A stretch of DNA of 64,000 nucleotides from a virus (Duplodnaviria > Caudoviricetes): the IMG/VR virus record IMGVR_UViG_2718218017_000002, positions 18,406 through 82,405 of that record; one strand, written 5' to 3'. The position numbers and the translations under genes were made by a program. Below, piece after piece: positions 44,321 through 54,555 of this stretch. Numbering within the stretch: the first letter of the stretch is position 1; each line of letters starts with the position of its first letter. Below the pieces are notes generated by a model. It did not search any database and was not told the DNA's origin. It saw only the letters and a program-made list of their open reading frames with translations.

Positions 44321-44455
44321 CTCACTTTCTTATAGTGATAATTCTATAAATAAATATTATAACCTTTAGAAGATAATGGGATAAGGAGGTGAGTGCCAAA
44401 ATTATAGTGCTTTGAAATATAAAAAATAAAGATCATTTAGGAAGGAGGCGAGATT

Positions 44456-47400
44456 ATGGCCGAAAGAGAAATATATCACTTGGATATAGTGATCGGAGTG
44501 CAGGGGGATGAATCAAGTAAAAAGAAGATAAGTGCTCTTGACAGGTATTTTGAGCAGACACAAAAAAGAGCAAATATATTGGACAAGATGTCAGTATCAC
44601 CTTCTGCAAAGATAAACGATAGAGCTACCAGCAGGATTGAAAAAATCAATTCAACTTTAAACAAGTTAAATAGGCTTGTAGCTTCTCCTACTGTAATGAT
44701 TAAAGATAAAGTATCTGGCTCATTAAGTATAATGAGAAGTGGGATAAATAAAGTAATATCTGCAGCTACATCACTTGAAGGAGCACTTTTGGGAGTTGGC
44801 AGTGCGTGGGCGGGAATAATAAAACCCATGCAGCTATCTGGGGATTTTGAACAGACCCAGATAGCCTTTACTACAATGCTTAAAAGTGCAGAGCAGGCAA
44901 ATTCATTTCTAACACAAGCTCAAGATATGGCGAATGCAACTCCTTTTGAGTTCCCTCAGCTTGCTAATGCAAGTAAAAAAATGCTTGCTTTTGGGTGGGA
45001 TGTTAAAAGTATTCTGCCTGATTTGGCTACAATAGGAGATGCTGCATCCGGACTAGGACTTGGCGCTGAAGGTATAAACCAGATAACCTTGGCTTTAGGT
45101 CAGATGAAGGCAAAAGGCAGAGTTCAAGGTGATGAGATCCTACAATTAACAGAAGCAGGAGTTCCTGCAGCTAAAATACTTCAGGAGCAGCTTGGGTTGA
45201 CAGCTGAACAAGTAGGTGAAATAGGTAAGCAAGGACTTGAATCAGATAAAGCTATAAAAGCATTGCTTACGGGAATGAATCAAAGATTTGGTGGAATGAT
45301 GCAGAATCAAGCCAAAACAGCACTTGGATTAATGTCTACCCTTAAAGATACTCTTGATAACAAATTTTTAACTCAATGGGGCACTGGCCTTTGGAGTGGA
45401 ATTAAGCCAGGACTAACTAAAGTCACAACATGGCTTGATAAAAACGATAAAAAGGTAACTGAACTTGGCAAGCTATTTAGAAAAGCAGGGGAAAACGTAA
45501 GTACTTTTATAGGTGGTGGGCTTGAGAAAAGCCAACAGAGGTTAAGTAAATTAATGGATAGCAGCCAATGGAAAAATGCTGACTTTGGAGGAAAGATAAC
45601 GCTTGCTTGGGATAAGGTTATAGCTGAACCTCTTTCGAGTTGGTGGAGTGGTGATGGTAGACCAAAAATAAATAAAGTCGCCAGTGAAATGGGTTCTAGT
45701 ATAGGAAGTGTACTTGGAGGGGGTATAATAGCTGTATTGGATGCTTTCTCTGGTGGAGATGATATAAATAAAACTGGAAATACAGCAGGTAAATCCTTCT
45801 TAGATGCATTTCTCAAAGCTTTTAATACTGATGAAATTATAAAGAAACTTTTAACTGCCTTTAAGGATACTAATTTGAACGCTGTTAAAAATCCAAGTGC
45901 TGAAAGTATTGCTAAGGCTGGAATATTAGACTACGGGTTATACGCATTGGGTGGAGGAGCTTTAATAAAAGGCGGTGCAAAAGCTGCAAAAGGTGCATTT
46001 AAATTAGGTAAATGGGCTGTTGGCAAGAAAGGAGTAAAAACTGCAGCAAGTGCAGCCGAGGAAATGGCAGGTGCAGCCGGAAGTGCTTCAAGTACTTCCA
46101 GTAAAGCATCTAATCCTTTTTCAGAAGAAATCAATAGATTAAAGGCTAATATCGAAGATGCTAAAAAAGGAGTTATAAACTCCAGTAAAGATGTGAAAAA
46201 TAAGCAGAAGTCATATACTACTACCAGAGATACATTTAAAGAAGTGAGAAACACTAAAACTTCTTCTGAATTAAGTAAAGCTGCAAGTGCATTTAGAAAG
46301 GCAGCAGATGAATCAAAGGCTGCAGAACAGTTAAGAAAATCCAGTCAGGAAAAATTGAATCAAGCTATAAAAAATTATGATAACCTTATAAAAAGATCAC
46401 AGAATGTAGGAAAGGGTAAAAATGTACCTGAATCTTTATCGAAGCAAATAAATACAGCACAAACAAGAGTTGATAATGCTAGAAAAAAAGTTAGAAGTGC
46501 CGGCATAAACGAAAGTAAGAAAAAAGAAACTTATAATAAGGCCAGAGATACATTTAAATCTGCTAAAGATGTTGGTAATACTTCCGATTTAAAAAAAGCA
46601 GCAGAAGATTTCAGAAAAGCGGCAAATGACTCTGCAAATGCAGAAAAATTAAGAAAGGCAAATCAAGACAAATTAAATAAAACTGTAAAGGAATATAATG
46701 ATTTTGTAAAAAAGTCTAAGGATGTTAAAAATGTTGGCAAAGGGGTATCAGAAGGGACATTTGCTGGCATATTTAGTAAAATAGGAAAGTTAACCGAAAG
46801 GGTACCTTTGCTCGGTAAAGTAGGGAAGGTTGCTAAAAAGGTTCCTTTGCTTGGTGCAGGGCTTACACTTGCGGGTGCAGGACTTGACATAGTAACATCT
46901 TCTGATAAGAAAAGAGCTACTGTTGGTGCAGCAGGTAACATTGCAGGAGGATTAGTAGGAATGAAAGCAGGAGCTACTATTGGTGGGACTATAGGTTCGA
47001 TTTTCGGACCAGTAGGAACAGCAGTAGGTGCTGGTGTTGGAGGTATTGCCGGAGGAATAGCAGGTTCAATAGGAGGAGAAAAAGCCCTTGATTGGATATA
47101 TGATAAGACAGGACCAGCAGTTAAATATCTAAAATCAGGTTTTAATGATGCCAAGAAATCAGTTCAGACCTCATGGAATGGACTCGGGAAATGGTTTGAT
47201 AGTAATGTAAGTACACCAGTTTCTAGTGGATTTAATAATGCTAAAAAGTCCATTGAAAACAAATGGTCTAACACCAAAACTTGGTTTGGTAATAAAGTAG
47301 GTACTCCACTTAAAAATGGAGCTATAAATACTATAAATTTCACTGTTGGCGCCTTTGAAATGGGGAAAGATGCAGCTGCTAAAGCTTGGTCGCCATATGG

Positions 47401-49408
47401 ACAGTGGTTGAATACTAATGTGTTTACTCCGGTTAAAAATAAAGCTTCTGAAACAGGTAAATGGCTTGGCGATAAAGTAGGAGAAGGCAAAACATGGGCT
47501 TCAAATAAGTGGTCTGATTTTAGTTCATGGTGGGGTAGTAATGTGGCAACTCCTGTGAAAGATGCTGCATCAAGTGCCGGACAATGGATTGCCGAAAAGT
47601 ATGGAGAAGCTAAAACCTGGGCTTTGAATAAATGGAGTGATTTCTCAATCTGGTGGGGAACTAATGTGTCTGAACCAGTAAAAGGATATGCTTCATCCGC
47701 CGGTCAATGGATAGGAGAAAGATTTAATGATGCTAAATCTACAGCCCATACTGCATGGACAGGTTTCTCGGGATGGTGGAGTGAAAATATTGCTGAACCA
47801 ACAAAAAGTGTAGCTACCACTGTTGGAGACTGGATAGGATCAAAATTTAGCGCAGCCAGAAAAACAGCAGAAACTGCATGGACTGACTTTTCAGAGTGGT
47901 TTGAAAAACATATAAGTGGACCAGTTAGTGATTTTATAAAAAAGGCAGAAAAGAGAGGGGAACAAACAACAGGATTAAGTACTGCTAATGGTAAGAATAA
48001 TGGTGGTAAAACACCAGGTAAAAATGCCAATGGAGGCATTACATCAGGACCTGAATTAAGTTGGGTCGGTGAAGCAGGAACAGAAGCCATAATTCCATTA
48101 TCCAGTGGCCGAAGAAGCAGAGGACTACAGCTATGGCAGCAGGCAGGAAGAATGTTAGGAGTAAAAATGTTTGCTAACGGTGGTATTGTAGGAAATGGTT
48201 CTGCCGGTGGATCTAAAGTCGCAAAAGCTACAGCCAATATATCAACTGCCATAACATTAGGAGATGATGCACTAACTCAATTTAAAAAATATGGTAATAA
48301 AATAAATGATAATTTAAGTAGTGGAATATTAGATAATAAAAAAGTATCAACCAATTCAGTGAATAGAGTTACAAATGAATCTGGTTCGATACTTAATTTA
48401 TTCTCGAGAACTGGGCATGTGTATGGCGGTGCCATAATGAACGACTTTGCACAAGGTATAAGGGCTGCAACGTCAGATGTAACAAGTGCAGTAAAAATTC
48501 TCACAGATAAAGTAATTGAGGAATTCAAGACAGGCTTTGAAATACATTCCCCATCTGCGGTTATGACTAGACTATCTAAATTTATCCCACAAGGAGTTAT
48601 AAAAGGAATGACATCTATAGATATTAAAGCATTTATAAAAAGCTGGATTGGAGATATTTCATCCATGGCCGGTGGCATGAGTGGTAATGTATCTGGATGG
48701 TTAAGTGCAGCTATGGCCATAACAGGAACACCTATGAGTTTCTTGCCAATGCTCCAAAATATCGCAATGCATGAATCGGGCGGGAATCCTAGAGCCATTA
48801 ATCTATGGGATAGTAACGCCGCCGCAGGACATCCAAGTAAGGGAATTATGCAGATGATAGACGAGACATTCAACCGTTGGGCTTTACCTGGAATGAATGA
48901 TATATGGAATCCTATCCATAATATCGTATCTTCTATAAGGTATATGATAGGCAGATATGGGAGTATAGCAAATGTACCAGGAATTCGTTCACAATTAGCT
49001 GGTGGATCATATGTAGGCTACGCAACCGGTACAGACAACGCAAAGAAAGGACTTGCTAGAATAAACGAAAGAGGTTGGGAATTTGTGGACTTCGCTGGTG
49101 GAGAAAATGTATTAACTCATAATAAATCTGTAAGTTTGATGGATAGGGCTGCAAATTCAATAAACAGGATAAAAAATGCTGTATCTGGACTAAGTTTAAC
49201 AGATACTGAAAATAAGGATATTCCTGAAAATTTAAGTTATTATACTTCTCAACCACAGGTGGCTATGGCCGGAGCTAGTTATGGAGATATAAATGTTGAT
49301 GTGGAAAATAATTTTAACAGTGACCCAGACATTGACGAAATAGTAATACAAGCCACAAAGAGATTTGCTACAGAGTTAAGAAAAACACTACAAAATACTA
49401 AGAGGTGA
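44456..49408 (+). CDS. Tape measure protein with C-terminal lytic transglycosylase (SLT) domain
   Basis: TPFEFPQL tape-measure domain, 22-aa Trp-periodic repeats, HESGGNPRAINLWDSNAAAGHPSKGIMQ SLT motif. Confidence 0.95.
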   Translation: MAEREIYHLDIVIGVQGDESSKKKISALDRYFEQTQKRANILDKMSVSPSAKINDRATSRIEKINSTLNKLNRLVASPTVMIKDKVSGSLSIMRSGINKVISAATSLEGALLGVGSAWAGIIKPMQLSGDFEQTQIAFTTMLKSAEQANSFLTQAQDMANATPFEFPQLANASKKMLAFGWDVKSILPDLATIGDAASGLGLGAEGINQITLALGQMKAKGRVQGDEILQLTEAGVPAAKILQEQLGLTAEQVGEIGKQGLESDKAIKALLTGMNQRFGGMMQNQAKTALGLMSTLKDTLDNKFLTQWGTGLWSGIKPGLTKVTTWLDKNDKKVTELGKLFRKAGENVSTFIGGGLEKSQQRLSKLMDSSQWKNADFGGKITLAWDKVIAEPLSSWWSGDGRPKINKVASEMGSSIGSVLGGGIIAVLDAFSGGDDINKTGNTAGKSFLDAFLKAFNTDEIIKKLLTAFKDTNLNAVKNPSAESIAKAGILDYGLYALGGGALIKGGAKAAKGAFKLGKWAVGKKGVKTAASAAEEMAGAAGSASSTSSKASNPFSEEINRLKANIEDAKKGVINSSKDVKNKQKSYTTTRDTFKEVRNTKTSSELSKAASAFRKAADESKAAEQLRKSSQEKLNQAIKNYDNLIKRSQNVGKGKNVPESLSKQINTAQTRVDNARKKVRSAGINESKKKETYNKARDTFKSAKDVGNTSDLKKAAEDFRKAANDSANAEKLRKANQDKLNKTVKEYNDFVKKSKDVKNVGKGVSEGTFAGIFSKIGKLTERVPLLGKVGKVAKKVPLLGAGLTLAGAGLDIVTSSDKKRATVGAAGNIAGGLVGMKAGATIGGTIGSIFGPVGTAVGAGVGGIAGGIAGSIGGEKALDWIYDKTGPAVKYLKSGFNDAKKSVQTSWNGLGKWFDSNVSTPVSSGFNNAKKSIENKWSNTKTWFGNKVGTPLKNGAINTINFTVGAFEMGKDAAAKAWSPYGQWLNTNVFTPVKNKASETGKWLGDKVGEGKTWASNKWSDFSSWWGSNVATPVKDAASSAGQWIAEKYGEAKTWALNKWSDFSIWWGTNVSEPVKGYASSAGQWIGERFNDAKSTAHTAWTGFSGWWSENIAEPTKSVATTVGDWIGSKFSAARKTAETAWTDFSEWFEKHISGPVSDFIKKAEKRGEQTTGLSTANGKNNGGKTPGKNANGGITSGPELSWVGEAGTEAIIPLSSGRRSRGLQLWQQAGRMLGVKMFANGGIVGNGSAGGSKVAKATANISTAITLGDDALTQFKKYGNKINDNLSSGILDNKKVSTNSVNRVTNESGSILNLFSRTGHVYGGAIMNDFAQGIRAATSDVTSAVKILTDKVIEEFKTGFEIHSPSAVMTRLSKFIPQGVIKGMTSIDIKAFIKSWIGDISSMAGGMSGNVSGWLSAAMAITGTPMSFLPMLQNIAMHESGGNPRAINLWDSNAAAGHPSKGIMQMIDETFNRWALPGMNDIWNPIHNIVSSIRYMIGRYGSIANVPGIRSQLAGGSYVGYATGTDNAKKGLARINERGWEFVDFAGGENVLTHNKSVSLMDRAANSINRIKNAVSGLSLTDTENKDIPENLSYYTSQPQVAMAGASYGDINVDVENNFNSDPDIDEIVIQATKRFATELRKTLQNTKR

Positions 49409-49410
49409 GG

Positions 49411-49689
49411 ATGATGGAAAATCAAGATTTAAATAAAAAAGAGACTGCTTCTGAAGTACCGGTTCAGAAGCAGTTCCAATTTACTGAACATGAAATATTC
49501 TGTGTAGCAAGTCATTTACAAATGTATATAGATCGGGTCGAAAATAAACTTGAAGATTATAATCCATGTAATACATGTAAGTTTATTAAAAGTTGTTTTA
49601 AGAATAACGATCCTGTTTATCCTGATGTAATGAATAAATTAGTCAATATAACAGGGCTGGATTATCTTATTTGGGCCCGCACTAAATAG
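49411..49689 (+). CDS. Hypothetical protein (PCxxCK motif)
   Basis: GAGGTGAGG RBS; NPCNTCKF. Confidence 0.7.
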   Translation: MMENQDLNKKETASEVPVQKQFQFTEHEIFCVASHLQMYIDRVENKLEDYNPCNTCKFIKSCFKNNDPVYPDVMNKLVNITGLDYLIWARTK

Positions 49690-49888
49690 CCCTTGGAAAT
49701 TTGTCCTTCAGAGGGCATTTATTGCGGCATGTACATTTTTGAGAATGAATGCACGATAAAGGCCCAATGTATATATATCTTGGGGCATTGCCATCAAGCA
49801 TAGCTACTTTTTTATATTTGGCAGTTATTGTGTTTTCATCATCAAGATAAGGGCAATACCCAGTTACTTCTTCAATCATATATTCCAT
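49682..49888 (-). CDS. Small Cys-rich hypothetical protein, antisense moron
   Basis: GGAGGTGA RBS; GYCPYLD...CIHSQKCTCRNKCPL. Confidence 0.7.
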   Translation of the reverse strand: MEYMIEEVTGYCPYLDDENTITAKYKKVAMLDGNAPRYIYIGPLSCIHSQKCTCRNKCPLKDKFPRAI

Positions 49889-49968
49889 AGTTTATCACCT
49901 CCCCAAAGATGATAATTCTACAAGATACTGTAAATACCTTTAAAAAATGATGTAAGGAAGTGAAATAA

Positions 49969-50307
49969 ATGAGAAATCAAAACTCAAGAAATGAAATCAA
50001 GGCATTGAATAAGAGAATAATTGAGCTTGAAGGACAGCTCCAAGCTCAACGTGATTCTGAAAAAAGAGCACAAGAATTAAGTGTTGAAAAATCCTGGTAT
50101 TGCACTGCAAAACACTTTAAAAGTTTACTGGAAGATGCAATGCATTGTCGTATTGCTGATTTTGCAAAGCCATGTCAAGATTGCAAGTATAATTTTGGAC
50201 TTAATGGTAAATTAAGATGCGACATGGATTATGCATATGAAAGATTTCGTGTTCTGACAATAGCAACAGGGATACAGTTTAGTCCTCTGGGCAAAGAGCA
50301 AGAATAA
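49969..50307 (+). CDS. Hypothetical protein (coiled-coil start, PCxxCK motif)
   Basis: AAGGAAG RBS; IIELEGQLQAQ; KPCQDCKY. Confidence 0.7.
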   Translation: MRNQNSRNEIKALNKRIIELEGQLQAQRDSEKRAQELSVEKSWYCTAKHFKSLLEDAMHCRIADFAKPCQDCKYNFGLNGKLRCDMDYAYERFRVLTIATGIQFSPLGKEQE

Positions 50308-50323
50308 ATTAGGAGGTAGTAGG

Positions 50324-50524
50324 ATGGGTACAGAGCAGCGAATTGAAGAACTGGAACAGAGGGTGGCTGCACTTGAAGGGCAAGTTCAAGCACAGTCGGT
50401 AGAATTAAAAAAAGTGTTCGCATTCTTGTTTGATAGGTCTGAATATAAGGGACTAATCAAACAAGGTAAAGCTGAATGGCCTAAAATGCTTACTGAATCA
50501 TTAGAAAAATATTTTAATGCTTAA
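50324..50524 (+). CDS. Hypothetical protein (EQRIEELEQRVAALEGQVQAQ start)
   Basis: GGAGGT RBS. Confidence 0.7.
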   Translation: MGTEQRIEELEQRVAALEGQVQAQSVELKKVFAFLFDRSEYKGLIKQGKAEWPKMLTESLEKYFNA

Positions 50525-50586
50525 TGCTCGTTTAAGATATTCAAATAATATAGAAAAAACTTTTGTTCATAAAAGGAGTGAGGATA

Positions 50587-50780
50587 TGTTAAATTTTACT
50601 ATTCAAGAATTAAAAAAATTAAGCTCACTTATTCAAATCGAATTGATAAGAATAAGTGAGAATTTTAACAAAGGAGAAATTAATATCTGTATAGATGGCA
50701 ACAAAATGCAATGTAATAAATTTAAAAAGATTGTTGCCAAAAATAAACCGCCACATCTAATTGTAAATGTTACTTATTAA
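50587..50780 (+). CDS. Hypothetical protein
   Basis: AAGGAGTGAGG RBS before ATG 50587. Confidence 0.55.
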
Positions 50781-50912
50781 AGACTTTTAAATTAGCAGTT
50801 ATAGAAATTAATTCTTTCCCTAGTTTTTGAATATTAGATAATTCTTCTTCATTTAGCTTAGAAGAAGTTTCAATACCAATTACACCTGGAGATAATGTAA
50901 AGGAGTGATGCC

Positions 50913-51668
50913 ATGGATCTTACAAGTTTTGCAAATGCCATAGGGAATATAGGCCAGTCTGTAGTGGATGCAGTGGAAAGAGTGATAAACCTTAACTTTG
51001 ATGTGTACCTAACAAATACAAAAGATAGTGAGACTTTCCATTTTCCAGTCAACCCCTTAAGTCTCACAGTCAACAGGGAGAAGAAATATAGCACTGCCGA
51101 TATAGTGGACATAGGAGAAATAGATATAAGCGATAAAGGTACTAAAATAAAGGAAATAAGTATGGAAACCTTAATTCCAGATGTCTATGAACCTTACTGC
51201 AGGTATACAGATATAGCAGACTCCAAAGAAACCGTTGAAAAACTTGAAAAGTGGAAAGATCAAGAAGAACCTTTGAGGCTTATCATAACTATGATAGGCT
51301 TTAACAGTCTTGTGAATCTGGCTGTTATGAATGAAGAAATAAGGCCAGAGGGATTGAATAACAACAGGTATTTTACATTTACATTCAGAACGCATAGGGA
51401 TTTTAAAATAAGTCAGGTTGATTCCACTCTTCAAGATAATAGGCAAACTACAGAAAGTAGTGGTGCAAAGTATTCACACAGAGAAGGAGAGTGGATAATA
51501 GTTACCGCAGATGTTTTGAATGTGAGAGATGGTCCTGGAGAGAGCTATGGAATAAGGGGAACAGTAAAAAAAGATGAGTGCTATAAAATTGGAAGTATAC
51601 AGGGTAATTGGGCAGATATATACTGGTCTAACCATGGCGGCTGGATTTGCACTGATTATGTTAGGTAG
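50913..51668 (+). CDS. XkdP-like tail-tube initiator with C-terminal SH3b domain
   Basis: FHFPVNPLSL N-domain; VTADVLNVRDGPGESYGIRG...WADIYW SH3b. Confidence 0.8.
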   Translation: MDLTSFANAIGNIGQSVVDAVERVINLNFDVYLTNTKDSETFHFPVNPLSLTVNREKKYSTADIVDIGEIDISDKGTKIKEISMETLIPDVYEPYCRYTDIADSKETVEKLEKWKDQEEPLRLIITMIGFNSLVNLAVMNEEIRPEGLNNNRYFTFTFRTHRDFKISQVDSTLQDNRQTTESSGAKYSHREGEWIIVTADVLNVRDGPGESYGIRGTVKKDECYKIGSIQGNWADIYWSNHGGWICTDYVR

Positions 51669-51676
51669 GTGATACT

Positions 51677-52660
51677 ATGATAAGTATAATTGCAAAGGAT
51701 AATTATAAAATAGAAAATTTAAATAAAGGCATTACCCTGCAGGAAAGCATAGATTCCATAGCATATATGGCCACAGTCAAGCTGATTGAAACTGAACAGC
51801 TTCAGAGTATCCAGTTTGTTAAAGGTAATGGCATTGAAATATGGGATACTCCCTTTAATGGAACCAGTGATGTAAGAGTTTTTAAGGGTGTTGTATGGGA
51901 AAGGGAAAGAAACAGGAAAGAGCATTATCTGAACCTTGAGTGCAAGGAGAAAACAGTCTATCTTGAAAATTCAGAAGATGAATATTTACATCCAGAAGGA
52001 CAGACCGCCACCCAGAGGATAACAAAGTATACCAATGACTGGAATATACCTATAGGAACTTTTGTGGATACAGGTATAGGTCTTGCAAAAAAACCTTATA
52101 GGGGTGATAAAATTCTTGATATGATAGTTAACGACCTTAAAGAAACAGCTCAAAAAGGTGGTAAGCTTTATAAAGTCAGAATGCAAGAAGATAAACTGGA
52201 TCTGATTGAGATAGGTACAAATACTACTGTATGGAAATTAGAATCCATAGCAGAGGAAATAGAAGAATACAGCTCATTGGAAGGTGCTGTAACCCAGGTA
52301 AAAGTTCTTGGAACCCAATCAGATGAAAGTCTAAGTCCTGTTATTGGTATCTATGAAAAAGAAACCAGAGGATATGGCACTCTAAGAAAGATAGTCCAGG
52401 ATGATAAAGTGACAAATGCAGATGAAGCCAAGAAAAGAGCAGATTCTATATTTAGCACTGGTGAGGACTATATAAATATAAGCTGTGGCATTGATATAAA
52501 CACCATAAGGGCAGGAGATAAAGTAAGCCTTGATGGTGTTGGTTTGTATGTAGCAAGTGTTACCCATACTTTGGGAAGCAGTGGAAAGATGGAGTTAACT
52601 GTTGGAACTATGGATTATATAAGGAGGAAGTTTTATGCGGGAGATGGGGGAACTAGTTAG
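51677..52660 (+). CDS. xkdQ: Baseplate hub protein (XkdQ-like)
   Basis: Position and length; IRAGDKV...VASVTH...MELTV. Confidence 0.8.
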   Translation: MISIIAKDNYKIENLNKGITLQESIDSIAYMATVKLIETEQLQSIQFVKGNGIEIWDTPFNGTSDVRVFKGVVWERERNRKEHYLNLECKEKTVYLENSEDEYLHPEGQTATQRITKYTNDWNIPIGTFVDTGIGLAKKPYRGDKILDMIVNDLKETAQKGGKLYKVRMQEDKLDLIEIGTNTTVWKLESIAEEIEEYSSLEGAVTQVKVLGTQSDESLSPVIGIYEKETRGYGTLRKIVQDDKVTNADEAKKRADSIFSTGEDYINISCGIDINTIRAGDKVSLDGVGLYVASVTHTLGSSGKMELTVGTMDYIRRKFYAGDGGTS

Positions 52661-52964
52661 GGTTGTGAAAGATGAAACCAGTAAATCCATAAATGGTGCT
52701 GTTTCAGGATTAGGAGTTGAATTTGGTACCATGACAGAAACAGGGTTGAAACTTGATAACTTTAAAGATGTAATAACAGATTACAAGGTGCTGGACTATT
52801 TAACCATGGATAAGGATTATTTTACTAATACTAATAGTGCCGGTGAATATAGCCATTCACATAATGTAATAACACCAGATGGATTGAAGCCTTTAAAAAG
52901 TGGTGACAGGGTATTGGTTGCCCAGGTAGGAAGTGAATTTATCGTTATAGGGAGGGTGAGATAA
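52635..52964 (+). CDS. Baseplate spike-like protein (XkdR/DUF2577-like)
   Basis: PLKSGDRVLVAQVGSEFIVIGRV. Confidence 0.75.
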   Translation: MREMGELVRVVKDETSKSINGAVSGLGVEFGTMTETGLKLDNFKDVITDYKVLDYLTMDKDYFTNTNSAGEYSHSHNVITPDGLKPLKSGDRVLVAQVGSEFIVIGRVR

Positions 52965-53423
52965 ATGCCTAATCTATTCCCTGATAGTTATTATACGGAT
53001 GATACTGGCAGTAGCACAACTAACACTAATACTGGCATTGAATATAAAGGTTCCTATAAGTTTAATTTTGCGAAAGGTGAATTTGTAAAGAATCCTGATG
53101 GAACTATAAAAAAGTGTGATGATTTGGAAGCTTACGCACAGTGGTGTCAGATGGCACTTTTAACAGATAGGTATAAGTATATATACAGTAACTTATTTGG
53201 CCAGGAGTTCTCAAGTCTTGAAAATGGTCAGTATTCGAGGGATGCCATAGAGCTTGAAGTAAAAAGAATGACAGTGGAGGCTTTAATGGTGCATCCAAGA
53301 ACTAAAGATGTTACAAACTTTACTTTTAAATGGCAAAATAACGGAGAATTGTATTATGAATATACGGTGATTACTGTAGACGGTAAGAGTGTGGGGTTAA
53401 ACAATTCTGTGAATGTGGGGTGA
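52965..53423 (+). CDS. Baseplate wedge protein (XkdS/DUF2634-like)
   Basis: QWCQMALLTDRYKYIYSNLFGQEF...EALMVHPRT. Confidence 0.8.
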   Translation: MPNLFPDSYYTDDTGSSTTNTNTGIEYKGSYKFNFAKGEFVKNPDGTIKKCDDLEAYAQWCQMALLTDRYKYIYSNLFGQEFSSLENGQYSRDAIELEVKRMTVEALMVHPRTKDVTNFTFKWQNNGELYYEYTVITVDGKSVGLNNSVNVG

Positions 53424-53427
53424 TAAT

Positions 53428-54552
53428 ATGGCAGATACAATGCCTGCAGTACCTGATTTTTTAAAGGAAGATACAGACACTATACATGCAAGAATGCTCT
53501 CTAAAGCTCCTTCTGATGTAAGTACAATGGAAGGAGACTTTTTCTGGAGTATCACAAGGCCAGTGGCAGAAGAAGAATACAAACACAGGCAGCTTATGAT
53601 AGCTTTTATAAAGTTAGTGTATTTGGGAACTAGCTATGATGGATATTTAGACCTTGTAGGTGCTGCTATAGGAGTCATAAGAAAAGATGCTACCAAAACA
53701 AAGGATACAATAAAAATCAGGGGAGTATCTGGCACAGTTATTCAAAGTGGTAAAATAGCCAGTACAGTTTCAACGGAAGATAACCGGAGTATTGAATTTC
53801 AATTTCTTGAAACAAAGACTATAGATGATACTGGAATAGTTGAAATACAGGTGGAATGTACTGAAGCCGGTACTGTAGGAAATGTAAAGGCAAACACCAT
53901 AACTATACTTACAACCCCTATAAATGGAGTACAAAATATAGTTAATGACCATGATTTCACAAGTGGCACTGATGTTGAAAGTAATGACGATTATAAAGAA
54001 AGGATTTTAGAGAGATTGCAAAAGCCAACAACTAGTGGCAATAAGTATGACTATGTAAAGTGGGCTAAAGAGGTACCAGGAGTAGGAGATGCAAAACCAT
54101 TCCCACTCTGGAATGGAAATGGTACCGTTAAGGTAGTAATAATAAACAGTAATAAAAGGGCAGCAGATAATGAATTAGTTCAGAAAGTAAAAGATTATAT
54201 AGATCCGGAACCAGAAGGAAAAGGAGAAGGCCAGGCTCCTATAGGTGCAGTTTGTACAGTAGTATCTGCCACAGAAAAAGCAATGAATATAACAGCTAAA
54301 GTAGTTCTTGCAAATGGATACACTTTGCAGCAGGTACAGGATAATTTCAATGAAGCCATACAGAAATATTTGAGCGACCTGGCCTTTAATTCTACCTATA
54401 TAAGCTATGCAAAAGTTGGAGGTATTTTATTAAGTACAGATGGAATAGTTGATTATGATAGTGATAGCTTAACTTTAAACAATGGAACTTCTAATATAGC
54501 TTTAGCAGATGAAGAGATACCAGTGGTAGGGACTATAAGTTTAGGGGTGTGA
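53428..54552 (+). CDS. xkdT: Baseplate J-like protein (XkdT-like)
   Basis: CTEAGTVGN, GTDVESNDDY, SGNKYDYVKWAKEVPGV, NGNGTVKV. Confidence 0.92.
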   Translation: MADTMPAVPDFLKEDTDTIHARMLSKAPSDVSTMEGDFFWSITRPVAEEEYKHRQLMIAFIKLVYLGTSYDGYLDLVGAAIGVIRKDATKTKDTIKIRGVSGTVIQSGKIASTVSTEDNRSIEFQFLETKTIDDTGIVEIQVECTEAGTVGNVKANTITILTTPINGVQNIVNDHDFTSGTDVESNDDYKERILERLQKPTTSGNKYDYVKWAKEVPGVGDAKPFPLWNGNGTVKVVIINSNKRAADNELVQKVKDYIDPEPEGKGEGQAPIGAVCTVVSATEKAMNITAKVVLANGYTLQQVQDNFNEAIQKYLSDLAFNSTYISYAKVGGILLSTDGIVDYDSDSLTLNNGTSNIALADEEIPVVGTISLGV

Positions 54553-54555
54553 TAA

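Noticed and set aside
50772-50919. Minus-strand open frame (PGVIGIETSSKL...)
   Set aside because: No start codon or RBS; at most a truncated relic
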